DNA of 64,000 bases from NCBI GenBank assembly GCA_963709405.1, contig CAVPXM010000030.1:64001-128000 (forward strand), written 5' to 3'. Both the position numbers and the translations under genes were made by a program. This DNA comes from an uncultured Nitrososphaerales archaeon. Lineage in GTDB: Archaea > Thermoproteota > Nitrososphaeria > Nitrososphaerales > Nitrososphaeraceae. Position 1 is the stretch's first letter, and each line of letters starts with the position of its first letter. Shown one piece after another: positions 45,359 to 56,327 of this stretch. Under the pieces are notes generated by a model. It was not told the origin of the DNA. It saw only the letters and a program-made list of their open reading frames with translations, and did no database searches.

Positions 45359-46725
45359 TGGCCATATGTCGGCAAATAATGATAATGGTAATGGTAATAA
45401 CTTCTTATATATCAGAATATGGGACTATGATGGCTTAAAGCGGTTATCCATACACATGGATTAAGTGTATTGTATATAATGAGAATAAAGATAATCTGAT
45501 TATCAAGATTATGATTTAGGTAGCACAATGCAAGTATAAAAGAAAAGTGATTCTAGCAAGGATTGATTATTATTCATGCCATACCTTGATCGATAACTGA
45601 ATAATTCCTATCCTATTTGTTTATTCGCATGGCAAACTAAATCATGGTAAGGTTGGTGAGCCCTACGACTATCCAATTGTAATGAACAATGATGAGTTGA
45701 TTGATTTTGTTAAGACTGCGAAAAGGAACTTTTGGAACATTTCGAGTTAAAACAAAAGATAATAGAATCAAAGAGCGTTACTTTCTTATGTATATAGTAT
45801 TTTAAATTGATTCGGCACATCATCAGTATTATCAGATTAGTCAGTCTATGCCATGGGGTATCGTTTCCAGAGTATCGATCCCAATACAGTTCAGATAAGT
45901 CAGAAAGAACTGCTTAGGCAACCCCGCCAATAGTTCTAGTGACTTTTATTTTTGACTTTTATAGATCGTATATCTATCATCATTCTCCAATTTGATGCCT
46001 GTTTCATAGTTGTGTATTGTTAAAGATTTCATCAAATTGCAAAATTGTATTTAACTTTCTATTTTGAGTTCGAACTAGAATTGCATAATTGAAAAGATAA
46101 CAGAGATAGCAATGGCAATAAATTGATAACATGTGATAGCAGAGTTTTAAAGGTCTATCCTAACTATATAATATAGGTAAACGCAATAATGACAGTACAA
46201 TTACAACAGTCATAAGTAGAGGTATATCTTTAGTAGAGCATAATTTACTGAGGCAATATGCTGGTTGAGAAGAAATAGTAATTATATCTTTTCAGCCACA
46301 CCATATTTTTGTTCCTTTTTTTGATTGAAATGTTTATTGATTTTTAGGGACGAGTGAAGCAAATTATCATGAATAAATCACAATCAATAAAATGACATAT
46401 GAAAACCAATAGCTTCGCAAATTATAAACTATAATCATATTGTTCTTGAAAAGAAAAAATGTCATAATATAAATAGTTGTGAAAACAAAATGCTAGCCGA
46501 ACTACCCAATCCATTGAACACGGGTAACAATCTTAACTCCTCTAATGAGGATTTAACCTCAGAATATAGATTAAGACTGTTATTATCAAGGAATTATTTG
46601 AATAGTTTTTGTGTATTTCTACACCCGAGCCTCAATATCGTCATTAATTGCGGCATCTTATATTGAATTATGGGCTAATGTGCTATAAGATATAAAATAT
46701 TTTTATAACATGTTTGTCCAGATGT

Positions 46726-46920
46726 CTATCCCCTGATATCCTCTTCAAATCCACTCAAAAATCTCAGGACTTTGCCACAGTTGGAACATTTATTATATTC
46801 ACTAAAATCAAGATCATTATACTTCCTAAACGAAAAGCTGTCTGAGTGCTTACAAAAAAACCGCCTTAGTATTTCAAGAATCATATGACTTTTCTTAACC
46901 AAAGACTCATTTTTTACCAT
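46726..46920 (-). CDS. small Cys/His protein (CKH...CSNCG)
   Basis: In-frame ATG just downstream of tRNA-Phe. Confidence 0.35.
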   Translation of the reverse strand: MVKNESLVKKSHMILEILRRFFCKHSDSFSFRKYNDLDFSEYNKCSNCGKVLRFLSGFEEDIRG

Positions 46921-46946
46921 ATCGTTTGAAATAGAATTGATTAATG

Positions 46947-47042
46947 TGCCGTCGGTGAGATTTGAGCTCACGACAGCTCGGTCTTCAAGCTTCACCCCTG
47001 TGAAATAAGGTCGAGTGCTCTCCCGGGCTGAGCTACGACGGC
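46947..47042 (-). tRNA. tRNA-Phe(GAA) with a 21-nt non-canonical intron at 30/31 (46991-47011)
   Basis: GCCGTCGTAGCTCAGCCCGGGAGAGCACTCG|intron|GCTTGAAGACCGAG..CTCAAAT..CGACGGCA; BHB with central helix CACT/GGTG. Confidence 0.85.
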
Positions 47043-47114
47043 AAGTGTTTATCGTATTTAGACAGATCATATATAATCTTGTCTGGCGATAGGCGATAGT
47101 ATGATAATATTAGG

Positions 47115-48149
47115 TGTTGTACTTTCTAACATAGGTGACATTATAGCTTACCGACATGGGTTACACTTCTGCTGTCAGGAAGTGAATCCATATAGAAATC
47201 AGAACAAGGTTTAGTCTAATACATGAAAAAGAATGGACTGGTGATACCATAAGCATTATTTGTAAAAAATATGGTGTATCCAGAAAGACGTACTATAAGT
47301 GGAATAAGAGATACAAACAGAAAGGGATAGAAGGTCTATCAGATACCTCAAGAAGACCTCATAATATCAAGTACAAAAAAGTAACAGCAGAAGTAGAGGA
47401 GACAATACTTGATCTACGATTAAGCAAGATATTTGGATGTAATAGGATCAAGTTTAGATTGAGAAAGGTTGTTGGAATCTCATTAAGCACTCGAACTATA
47501 TACAAGATATTAAAGAGACATTGTCTTAACATCCTTAGATGTAAAGCTAAAATACGAAGCTACAAACGGTTTGCTATGAAGCATCCAAATGATATGGTAC
47601 AGATGGATATCCTTGGCCCTTTCTATCTGAGCAATTCCAGTCAAAGGAATTACATCATTAGCTGTTTAGACGACTGCTCTAGGAAGGTAGCTAGCAAGTG
47701 GTCTGAAAGAAAGAGGTCAGTGGATGTTCTGGACGTATTAGAGGATTGGATAGTGATCAATGGCAAACCTGATAGAGTAATGCATGACAATGGAAAGCAG
47801 TTTACATCTAACATATTCAGACATTTCCTCGTACACAATCAGATAAAGGATAAACAAATACCAAATCGCTATCCGCAGCTTCAGGGTAAAGTGGAAGCAT
47901 ATAACAAGATAGTGAAGAATGAATTTCTAGCAGTTGAGGATATACCAAACACAGATGATGGTAAACAAAGGTATGATATGTTTGTAAAAGCGTATAATGA
48001 AACTAGAGAACATGGAGGAATAAATGGTCTTACTCCATCAGAGATGTTTCTACAAAGATTAATTACATCCACCATACATACAAGAACAAGCAGCAAAGTG
48101 TAACCCATGTAGGTACTTAATAATGTAACCTATCTGTGCAAGTACAACA
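47115..48149 (+). mobile_element. IS481-family element with transposase (about 47183-48103)
   Basis: TGTTGTACTT/AAGTACAACA ends, 6-bp TSD ATTAGG, internal inverted repeats, QMD..DDCSR, DNGKQF, GKVE motifs. Confidence 0.92.
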
Positions 48150-48410
48150 ATTAGGAAAAGCACACAAGTGAAACTTGCGTGATGAGGTCTATACTTACCT
48201 GTTGAATTTCATTAACAAGTGAGAACAATACCCAATACTAGTCATTTAGATAAGACGTAATCCGTTAGTATTGTCATTTTTTCATGCTACTCTATTTGAA
48301 TGTAAATCAACGGCTCAAATTTAGGATAGTTGAGATTCGATAACTGTATGCAATCGGTGAACTATCCTGTCCACATCAAACGTTATCTGGTCTAGACATA
48401 TTGTTTTTTC

Positions 48411-49408
48411 TGCTTTGTTGCATGATTTGCTATGTTGTAAGTGATACTTATTTGACCACTTCGCATTTAGCTTGCTAATAGTAACTGTATAGTATGATTG
48501 ACTGGTATTCCTATAATGAATCGCTAGTAAGACGTGGCCAAGTACTCTTGGATTTTGATGTAATTGATGGATGGGATGATGAATTATCTCAAATGAACCA
48601 CGGTAAGATTGGTGAGCCTTACGACTATCCAGATTCGTTTATGCAGCTTCTAGGCTACATGAGAGTATATTTTCATCTACCGTACAGACAGGCAGAAGGT
48701 GTAGTTATAGCTCATGCGAGTACCTAAGGTACCATGCATACCAGATTATAGTACCATTAGTAGACGTGTAAACAGACTAGATATCAAAATCAATGAAGGA
48801 TTAGGAAATAATATTGTCATTGCTCTAGACAGTACTGGCATTAAAGTAGCTAATCGTGGAGAATGGATGCGGCATAAATGGCATGTTAGAAAAGGTTACC
48901 TGAAAATACATGTAGCAGTCGACATCAAGAACAAGAAGATTATTTCTTTGGAGGTAACAAGTGAAGAGATACATGATGGTAAGATGCTAAGGAAGTTAGT
49001 AGACAGTGCTTCTGAAAATAATCATGTAAAAAGTGTATTAGCAGATGGTATGTACGATAGCAATAACAACTTTAGATATCTATCAAAGAACCACATTAAA
49101 CCTGGCATAAAGACAAGAAGTAATTCCAAAGTCAAATCAACTAACTGTCACGCTAGGAATATGTCTGTAGTAAAACAACAAGCAAACTTCAAAAGATGGA
49201 AGCGTAGCGTGAGCTATGGATATAGGTGGATGGCAGAAACGGCATTCTCTTCTATTAAAAGGATGTTTGGTGAACATGTAACAGCTAGAAAATTTCCTAA
49301 AATGGTAAAGGAGATCTTTCTAAAAGCAACTCTTTATAACATGTTCAATCGAATGACATAACCATCGGCATAAATGAATTAAATCTTAATGGATCATGCA
49401 ACAGAGCA
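48411..49408 (+). mobile_element. IS5-family (ISH1 group) element; transposase 48494-49361 with a frameshift near 48720
   Basis: TIRs TGCTTTGTTGCATGA/TCATGCAACAGAGCA, 8-bp TSD GTTTTTTC; YNESLVRRG, DSTGIK, LKIH.AVD, ADGMYD, RWMAETAFS. Confidence 0.92.
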
Positions 49409-50023
49409 GTTTTTTCGGTTATGTATATCGCAGTTGATATATAATTCCATGATTGATGCAGGTGGATTAGAAAAACAAGATGAAACATGGTTTAAGGAAA
49501 TGTTACAGAGTATGCCACACAATATGCTGCCAAAGATTCATAATCACTAGGTTGTCGGTACGCATTCCTAGTGACAATGACTCGCTTCATATTAAGAATG
49601 ACCATTGTAGGGCTGCATTATACCACCTTCCTATTAGAACATTAAAATGAGTCTTATTCTTTATAATGTCATTAATTTTTCAGGAATCAAAATGTGAATT
49701 AGATATGTTTTCAAAAGGAGCGGCTCAAGAACAAGACTAGCTTTGGTTTTCATATTTTTATAATTTCTTGGAATAGCCTTATTATCGACCACATATTATA
49801 TCTTCAAAGCAAAGAGTAATCTTGTTATCATGGATTGTTTAGATTGTCAATTTGAAGGAGATTTGTCAGAACCATACCAGCAGAATTATAAATAGGAGTT
49901 TTTAGATAATCTTTCCTATCATCTTCACTGTGATCTCTACTCTAGTCGCCCGCGCAGTTCTGACTCGCGTGGTACTATATACAGTTTCAATGGATAGTAT
50001 TCTTGACAGAAACTGAATACCAC

Positions 50024-50803
50024 TCAATGCTGTGGCTGAGTAACCAAATCGATTAAATGCCTTCGGACCTTCTTATCTATTTCTGTTCCATATTGCATTG
50101 CCTTCTTACGTTTAATCGTGGACTCTTTTGGAACATTTAGTAATCGTGCTACCTTTCTTAGGATCCGCTTTCTAAGGAAGTCATCAGACCCTAGTATTTT
50201 ATACTCGAGGGGAATATCTCTAGAAAATGCAATAAATTTATTTGATAAGAAGGGCTGCCTAATGGTAACTCCAAAGTCAGTTACTGTCTTATCTATTTCT
50301 TGAATAAGCCTCAGTTCATTTAAAATTTTTTCTTCCATTAATTTCATTAGTCGTGTCCTGCCTTGATTAAATATTGCTCTATAAACGTCGTAGCCACAAA
50401 AAAGCTCATCACATCCGTTCGCAGAGAGTATAGTTCTGAAGCCAATCTCTTGAGCAAATTTCGCAATAAATAAAAATGCGATACAATTTTCTATGTGCGA
50501 AATACTTCCGCAGTTAACGTTCCTTGTAACAGTCTTTAGATTTTCATAAAAATCATTTTCTTCTAATTCATAGATCCTATGGTCTAGATTCAGTCTTGAA
50601 GCTATAATTTTAGAGAAGCAGACATCATGTGACTTCGGAAACCCAATAGTTAACAGAGTTACAGATACACCAATGTCCCTACATATAGTAGCGAGCAATG
50701 AGCTATCGATACCCCCAGAATAGGCCACAGCAATAGATCCTTCGTCCTGTATAGCATCATCTACCACGTCAAAAAGTACTTGTCTTAATCGAGCTAGCAG
50801 CAT
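50024..50803 (-). CDS. asparagine synthase C-terminal-domain protein (PP-loop ATPase)
   Basis: AYSGGIDS, ANGCDELFCGY, RQPFL, KKAMQYG; no GATase domain. Confidence 0.85.
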   Translation of the reverse strand: MLLARLRQVLFDVVDDAIQDEGSIAVAYSGGIDSSLLATICRDIGVSVTLLTIGFPKSHDVCFSKIIASRLNLDHRIYELEENDFYENLKTVTRNVNCGSISHIENCIAFLFIAKFAQEIGFRTILSANGCDELFCGYDVYRAIFNQGRTRLMKLMEEKILNELRLIQEIDKTVTDFGVTIRQPFLSNKFIAFSRDIPLEYKILGSDDFLRKRILRKVARLLNVPKESTIKRKKAMQYGTEIDKKVRRHLIDLVTQPQH

Positions 50804-51356
50804 ACCAAGGCATCATCTTCCTATTAGTCTGATCGCAACGCCTATAGATAAATAGGTAACACGAATGGTAGCTTAAAAGATTAACTACCTTGTGCAGCAT
50901 TCAAGAGTACCAGTATAACTTTAGCCGACTATAATTTCCGAACGCTAGAAACTCATAAAGGGCAGATCTTTGATATTGCATATCCCAAAACATATGTTCG
51001 ATGATTTACTTTGTAATCCTCAGGTATGATAAACGCATATGCAAATACATCGCAATCTCGGTAGAACAGGTACGAACAATCAATAAACTAGAATAAGTGA
51101 AAGGGCCGAGGCTAGCGTCAATAGTCTAGAACGAATACATAATACCTTGCAAGATTTTGAATGTGAACTATATTTTTAAAGCATTGCGCCCCACAGGATC
51201 CCAGAGGTCTCACTATGATTTCCCTATGGTCAGTTACAATACCATGAATTCGATTTAATGATGGCGGTAAAGAGGATAGAAACGATAAAAATAGTTGTAA
51301 TCCTCAAAGTTTCTAAACGAATATGAGTATCTACATGGAACCTGTGAATACATCTA

Positions 51357-51767
51357 ATGGTAAGTGATACGAATAGATCCGAAAAGTTTTGCAGCTATCA
51401 ATTTGGCAGGGAAGCCGAATACATTGTTGCCGTTTTTCTTAAATCAAGGGGGTGGAAGTTGAGTTTATCTAAAGGAAGCAGAGGGGCAGCTGACATCATT
51501 GCAATACGTAATTCAATCAAATGGTTAATCCAGGTTAAATCTAGTAATCTTATACCTCGGATAAGGGGCTATGAAATAAAGCGGCTTACCGAAGCGGCCG
51601 AATTAGTTAATGCATCGGCAGTTATTGCCACGCTACAACACTCTCAGACGATAATGAATCACGATGTCGGTAGAAATAGAAACTCGCACTTAAATGATGG
51701 AGTTTATCACATTGGAATTTATTCACTAATATTCTACCTCCTTCCTAATTGGAGTCGCATATCCTAG
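51357..51767 (+). CDS. Hjc-like PD-(D/E)xK nuclease
   Basis: G..AE...L..RGW...S.GSRG.ADIIA...LIQVK. Confidence 0.7.
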   Translation: MVSDTNRSEKFCSYQFGREAEYIVAVFLKSRGWKLSLSKGSRGAADIIAIRNSIKWLIQVKSSNLIPRIRGYEIKRLTEAAELVNASAVIATLQHSQTIMNHDVGRNRNSHLNDGVYHIGIYSLIFYLLPNWSRIS

Positions 51768-52292
51768 GCTTAGTTCAAAGTTGAATTAAAGATACCAATG
51801 TTTAGTATCACATTAAGTATTTAGATGACATCTTAAATTAGCAAACGACAATCTAGGATCTAGCCAATTTTAGAATAATGATGAGGATATTGGAATAGTA
51901 ACTCGTCATCATATGACCTATCGAGTTATATTACTCAAATTTATTGATATTGATTCTGATACAGGCAGAACGGAGCGTAAGAAGATATACCAGTTCAGAA
52001 CCCTAGTGACCATGTATGTGAAATATCATTCTTGCACACATTGCTATGTGACAGACGATTAAGAATACTAGGATGGTTGCAAGATCTGTGTCAATCGACG
52101 AAAATGATACTATGACCGCTTTACTCATCTATCATTGTTGCTAATACAACTAAGACTTGCAACATGTAAAGCATAATTGCTCAAATTCAGCGCCAACCAT
52201 TATTTTAGTAGCTTAGCTTTATCATAGCTTCTTGTATATTCGACTTAACACTAGCTTTTAATCTTTTTTTTCTGTGGAGGACTAGTACTAAG

Positions 52293-52914
52293 ATGGATCA
52301 GCATCAACAGCCTCTAAAGAGTGATCTTACGAATGCCACGATTGTAGTAAGCAATCAGCTCGCGAAACTGAAGATGCTTAATAAGAGAATTGCTCTTATT
52401 GATAAAGATTTTCGATATAAAATAGCTTGTAATTTGAAGAAGGGCAATAATGGGCGTGCAAGAGTTATGGCAAACGAGCTATCTAATATTCATCACGTTA
52501 AACGAATTTCTCAGAATATGTGCCTGGCATTAGAAGTCATCGTCCTAAGATTCAGTACCGATTAGCGAATTCGCCAAGATTCTAGAAACCGTCAATCCAA
52601 CTATTGAAACGATCAAGGATATTCAGAATGACATCTGGAACGTCGTTCCTACTGCAACTGGACTTTTCAACGAGATGACTTCAGTAACTTCAGAAGTGTT
52701 GCTTAATTCAAAAGTTAAAGTTGATAGTAATATCCTCCCTACAAGTGTCGATATGGATGCGCTTTCGATACTTGATGAAGTGGAAGACCTATTGGAAGAC
52801 GAAGCAAAAGCGAAACTACCGGATGTCCCTGACACTATCCGTCATGTACGCTCGAATACGTCTGAGGTGCAAGAGGAGGTGTTAGATGGAAACAGAGTTC
52901 TCGTCGAGAGTTAA
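52293..52914 (+). CDS. CdvB/ESCRT-III (Snf7) paralogue, frameshift near 52560
   Basis: PLK..ARVMANEL..LALEVIVLRFST, then ISEF..ILDE..KLPDVP. Confidence 0.75.
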
Positions 52915-53016
52915 AATCCGTACTACGCAGACTAAGCACTGATTGTGTTTCACTATATCATTAGTAAAAAAATATTTACAAAGGAGTTTTAATCATCTAG
53001 TCTGAATAACGGTGCA

Positions 53017-55164
53017 ATGGAACAGTTGAGCCCTGAATTTTCATTTCAGTCCGAATCTAGACGAGAAGGGGTATTGGAATCAGCTTCTAGACGAGTTAGA
53101 ATGATATTTTCAGTTATGGCGAGTCCTAATCGGATTGATATACTCAGGATTTTGAATTCCAAAGGACCACTTACGTATTCTGAATTGAAATCTCTTGCTG
53201 GATTCAAATCCAAAAAGGAGTCTGGTAAATTTGCTTATCACCTTAGAAAGCTGTTAAGACAATCACTCGTAGCTCTAAATAAATCTGAGCGTAGATATAC
53301 CATTACTAATTTAGGCAAACTGGTGTTGAGTTTAGCCAGACAGATTGAAGAACGATCTATAGTTGAGAGTGGTAAAATGTATGTTAGAACCTCTCGACAT
53401 TCAATTGAAGAATTTGATGCTCACAAGATAATACAATCCCTTGTCAGAGAAGCCAACATGCCACTTGAACAAGCACATAAAATTACTGAAGAAGTTGAGA
53501 ACAAGATCTATAAATTTCAAACTTCATATCTCACCTCATCATTAATCAGAGAAACCGTGAATTCAGTCTTGGTGGAGCACGGATACGAAGACTATCGAAA
53601 CAAATTAGCCAGACTTGGTATGCCTACATCAGATATCATTGAGATGCTAAGCAGTATCGATAAGCTTAAGAATGGAATGGATAGCGTCTTTTCAAAGGTG
53701 TCTCATTCGTTATTCTCAGAGCACCTTTTGAATAATGTGCTTCCGAAGGATATCGCAGATATGCATTTGGCTGGCGAGTTAAACATATCTAATAGTGGAA
53801 CCTGGGCATTAATACCCGATAGTATTTTCCTAAATGTCAGCGACCTATGCGCAGATGGCCTGAATCTCAAAGGTAAATTCTTAAACGTTTCAAGATTGGC
53901 TAACCTTCGGAGTTCTGACGACTTTGTAAGCACACTTTCAATGCTAATTTCACTTCTGAGCAGAGAAGCTTCTACAGAAATTATAATGGATGGAGTAGCT
54001 CAGAAGCTGCTAGAATCATCAGATCACTTAGGAGGAATTGCGTCACTATTCTCTAAAGTTCTTATAGAATCTTCGTCATCACCATCGTACTCAGCTTCTG
54101 GATTACCTCTTGCTACGATAACCATACCCATGGAAGAATTTGATGACAAATTTATCGATGAGCTGTTATGTGGTTATTCAAAATATGCTGATTGTACGCC
54201 CATGCCTAGACTAGGTCTAGAATTGATTCACGATACTAACAGCCACAAATTTAGTCTCCATTCAGAACAAATTGCCTCAACCATAAGGCTAGGTGGGATC
54301 ATCTCTGTTTCTAGAGACGGGACGAGATCTAACACTGGAGTCAGAAAATTCCTAGGCGACAAGATTTCAAACACAGTCATAACTTTGCAGTCTTTATCAA
54401 TTAATCTCCCTAGGATTGCCTATCAATCAAATAAGGACGAGACTTATTTTCGTGCTAGGCTTGCCATGCTGATGAAGCCAGCTTTTATGGCGATGTCAAT
54501 TAGAAAAAAGATTATTACTGATCTGATTCTTAAGGGAATGCTCCCCATAATTGCAAGTAGCGCGAAATTTATGGAAGTAGGTGTTACGAATGCAATAATC
54601 AACTTGGCAGGGACTCGGGAGGCTGTTTATGATATTCTGGGATATGATGCCAATAACAACGGCCCAGAAATTTTACACAAAGTAATAAGGACTGCTGTGG
54701 ATGTGGCGATAGATCAAGCAAGGCAAATGGGCGAAGAAACTGTAGGAGTTGCTATGATTAATGATAATGGTAACTCTAGATTCGCTAGTCTGGATTCTGA
54801 CAAGTATGGCAAAAGTCTTGTACTTTCACCAAACCAAGAGTATAGTGTTTATTCCCAAGGGATGCAATTAAACAGCCGCAAATTATTATCTGCTGATGAC
54901 GCTCATCAGTTAATCGAAGAATTTAATACAATAGATACGCTGCTTAATGGAGGATTATCTGTTGACATCGATTTTAGCGATATGCCTTCCGTTCTAGATA
55001 TAAAGAAGGCATTAGAAATTGCTTCAGATTTAAACTACATGCGGCCCATTTTAAAGATTATGATATGCAATACATGTGGAAGGAAGTCAACTGCATTGAA
55101 TAGCGCGAATTGTGTCTTTTGCGGTTCTCCATCGATATTCCAAACTAAGTCTGTGACTCTATAG
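53017..55164 (+). CDS. winged-HTH + ATP-cone + degenerate class III RNR (NrdD-like) fusion protein
   Basis: ArsR-like NRIDILRIL..FAYHLRKL; ATP-cone YVRTS..EEFD..KI; NrdD-like LPKDIADMHLAG, INLPRIA, CxxC..CxxC. Confidence 0.85.
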   Translation: MEQLSPEFSFQSESRREGVLESASRRVRMIFSVMASPNRIDILRILNSKGPLTYSELKSLAGFKSKKESGKFAYHLRKLLRQSLVALNKSERRYTITNLGKLVLSLARQIEERSIVESGKMYVRTSRHSIEEFDAHKIIQSLVREANMPLEQAHKITEEVENKIYKFQTSYLTSSLIRETVNSVLVEHGYEDYRNKLARLGMPTSDIIEMLSSIDKLKNGMDSVFSKVSHSLFSEHLLNNVLPKDIADMHLAGELNISNSGTWALIPDSIFLNVSDLCADGLNLKGKFLNVSRLANLRSSDDFVSTLSMLISLLSREASTEIIMDGVAQKLLESSDHLGGIASLFSKVLIESSSSPSYSASGLPLATITIPMEEFDDKFIDELLCGYSKYADCTPMPRLGLELIHDTNSHKFSLHSEQIASTIRLGGIISVSRDGTRSNTGVRKFLGDKISNTVITLQSLSINLPRIAYQSNKDETYFRARLAMLMKPAFMAMSIRKKIITDLILKGMLPIIASSAKFMEVGVTNAIINLAGTREAVYDILGYDANNNGPEILHKVIRTAVDVAIDQARQMGEETVGVAMINDNGNSRFASLDSDKYGKSLVLSPNQEYSVYSQGMQLNSRKLLSADDAHQLIEEFNTIDTLLNGGLSVDIDFSDMPSVLDIKKALEIASDLNYMRPILKIMICNTCGRKSTALNSANCVFCGSPSIFQTKSVTL

Positions 55165-55172
55165 ATTAAGAT

Positions 55173-56230
55173 AATAGATCTCTTGCGTAATTAGAAGCTT
55201 ACAGCTATATTCGACGTCATATAGGATATTTATGTGATATCTCTTTGATGTCATATAGAAGACTATGCAAAAAGCCTTTGTTATTCAGGTCACTTACTGG
55301 ACTAACTGTACCAGAATTTGATCAAATAAGCACAGAAATGGACTCGAAATATGAGGAATATGAAAGAAGACGTCTTTCTAAAAGGAAGAGGAAAAGAGAT
55401 GTTGGTGCCGGTAGACCGTTTAAACTGAAACCAAGAGAAAGACTTCTAATGCTTTTGGTTTATTATCGATTGTACATTACATATGCATTATCGGGATTTC
55501 TATTTGATCTTGACCAGAGCAATGTATTTAGAGATTTGACTATCCTAGAATCTTTGCTAAAGGAGTGTATTCCATTGCCAAAGAAGATATACAAACGTAC
55601 TAAGAGATTAAGAACTATAGAGGAAGTTGAACAGTACTTCCCTGGATTCAAGGCTTTCATAGACTCTACAGAACAGGAGATTCCAAGACCTAAGAACAAG
55701 AGAAAGAGAAAGAGTTACTATTCAGGTAGAAAGAGGAAACATACTGTCAAGACACAATTGATGGTTAATACTGAAGGTTTGATCCTGCATAAGACAGGTC
55801 ACAGGAATGGAAGAAAACAACATGATTATGACATTTACAAACACAATCATCCTACTATAACTCCATCACAAGTTGACAATATAGTTGATCTTGGTTATCT
55901 TGGTATTGAAAAGGACTTTCCCACAGTAAAGTCTGTACTTCCCATTAGAAAGAAAAAGAATACCTTGCTTTCAAATGACGATATGAGATACAACAAGAAT
56001 CACTCAAGACTCAGGATCATAGTAGAACACACCATATGCAAGATCAAGAAGTTTGGAATAATGGGTACTAAGTTCAGAAACAAACTAAGAAGGTACAATA
56101 ACATATCTGATATTGTATCCGGTATACTGAACTTCAGAGTGATGCAGTCTAACAGGATTTCAATCTAAGAATACAGTCAAAATAGGCAGCATTAATAGAT
56201 CATAACTGCTAATTACGCAAGAGATCTATT
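55173..56230 (+). mobile_element. IS5-like (ISL2 group, DDE_Tnp_4-type) element with intact transposase 55245-56168
   Basis: Perfect 22-bp inverted repeats AATAGATCTCTTGCGTAATTAG; FRSLTGL, IDSTE, YYSG..HTVK, DLGY, RIIVEH. Confidence 0.92.
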
Positions 56231-56327
56231 GACTATGAATCTCGTGCGAGACATTAGGATCAGCTGAATGCTCAAAAGCTGGGACTACCAGAATCCACGA
56301 ATTCGGATTGTACAACGCGCTGATATT

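Noticed and set aside
46921-47070. 5' part of ORF 46726..47070
   Set aside because: It reads through the tRNA-Phe gene and is spurious.
12454-52914. Numerous single-base frameshifts (argF, UbiD gene, gene at 24572, sulfatase, FGE, SnoaL, IS transposases, CdvB) as widespread recoding or tRNA-mediated suppression
   Set aside because: They include both insertions and deletions, share no sequence context, hit housekeeping genes, and those I checked are not at UUCA sites matching the odd tRNA-Phe. Assembly indel error is more parsimonious; read data are needed.
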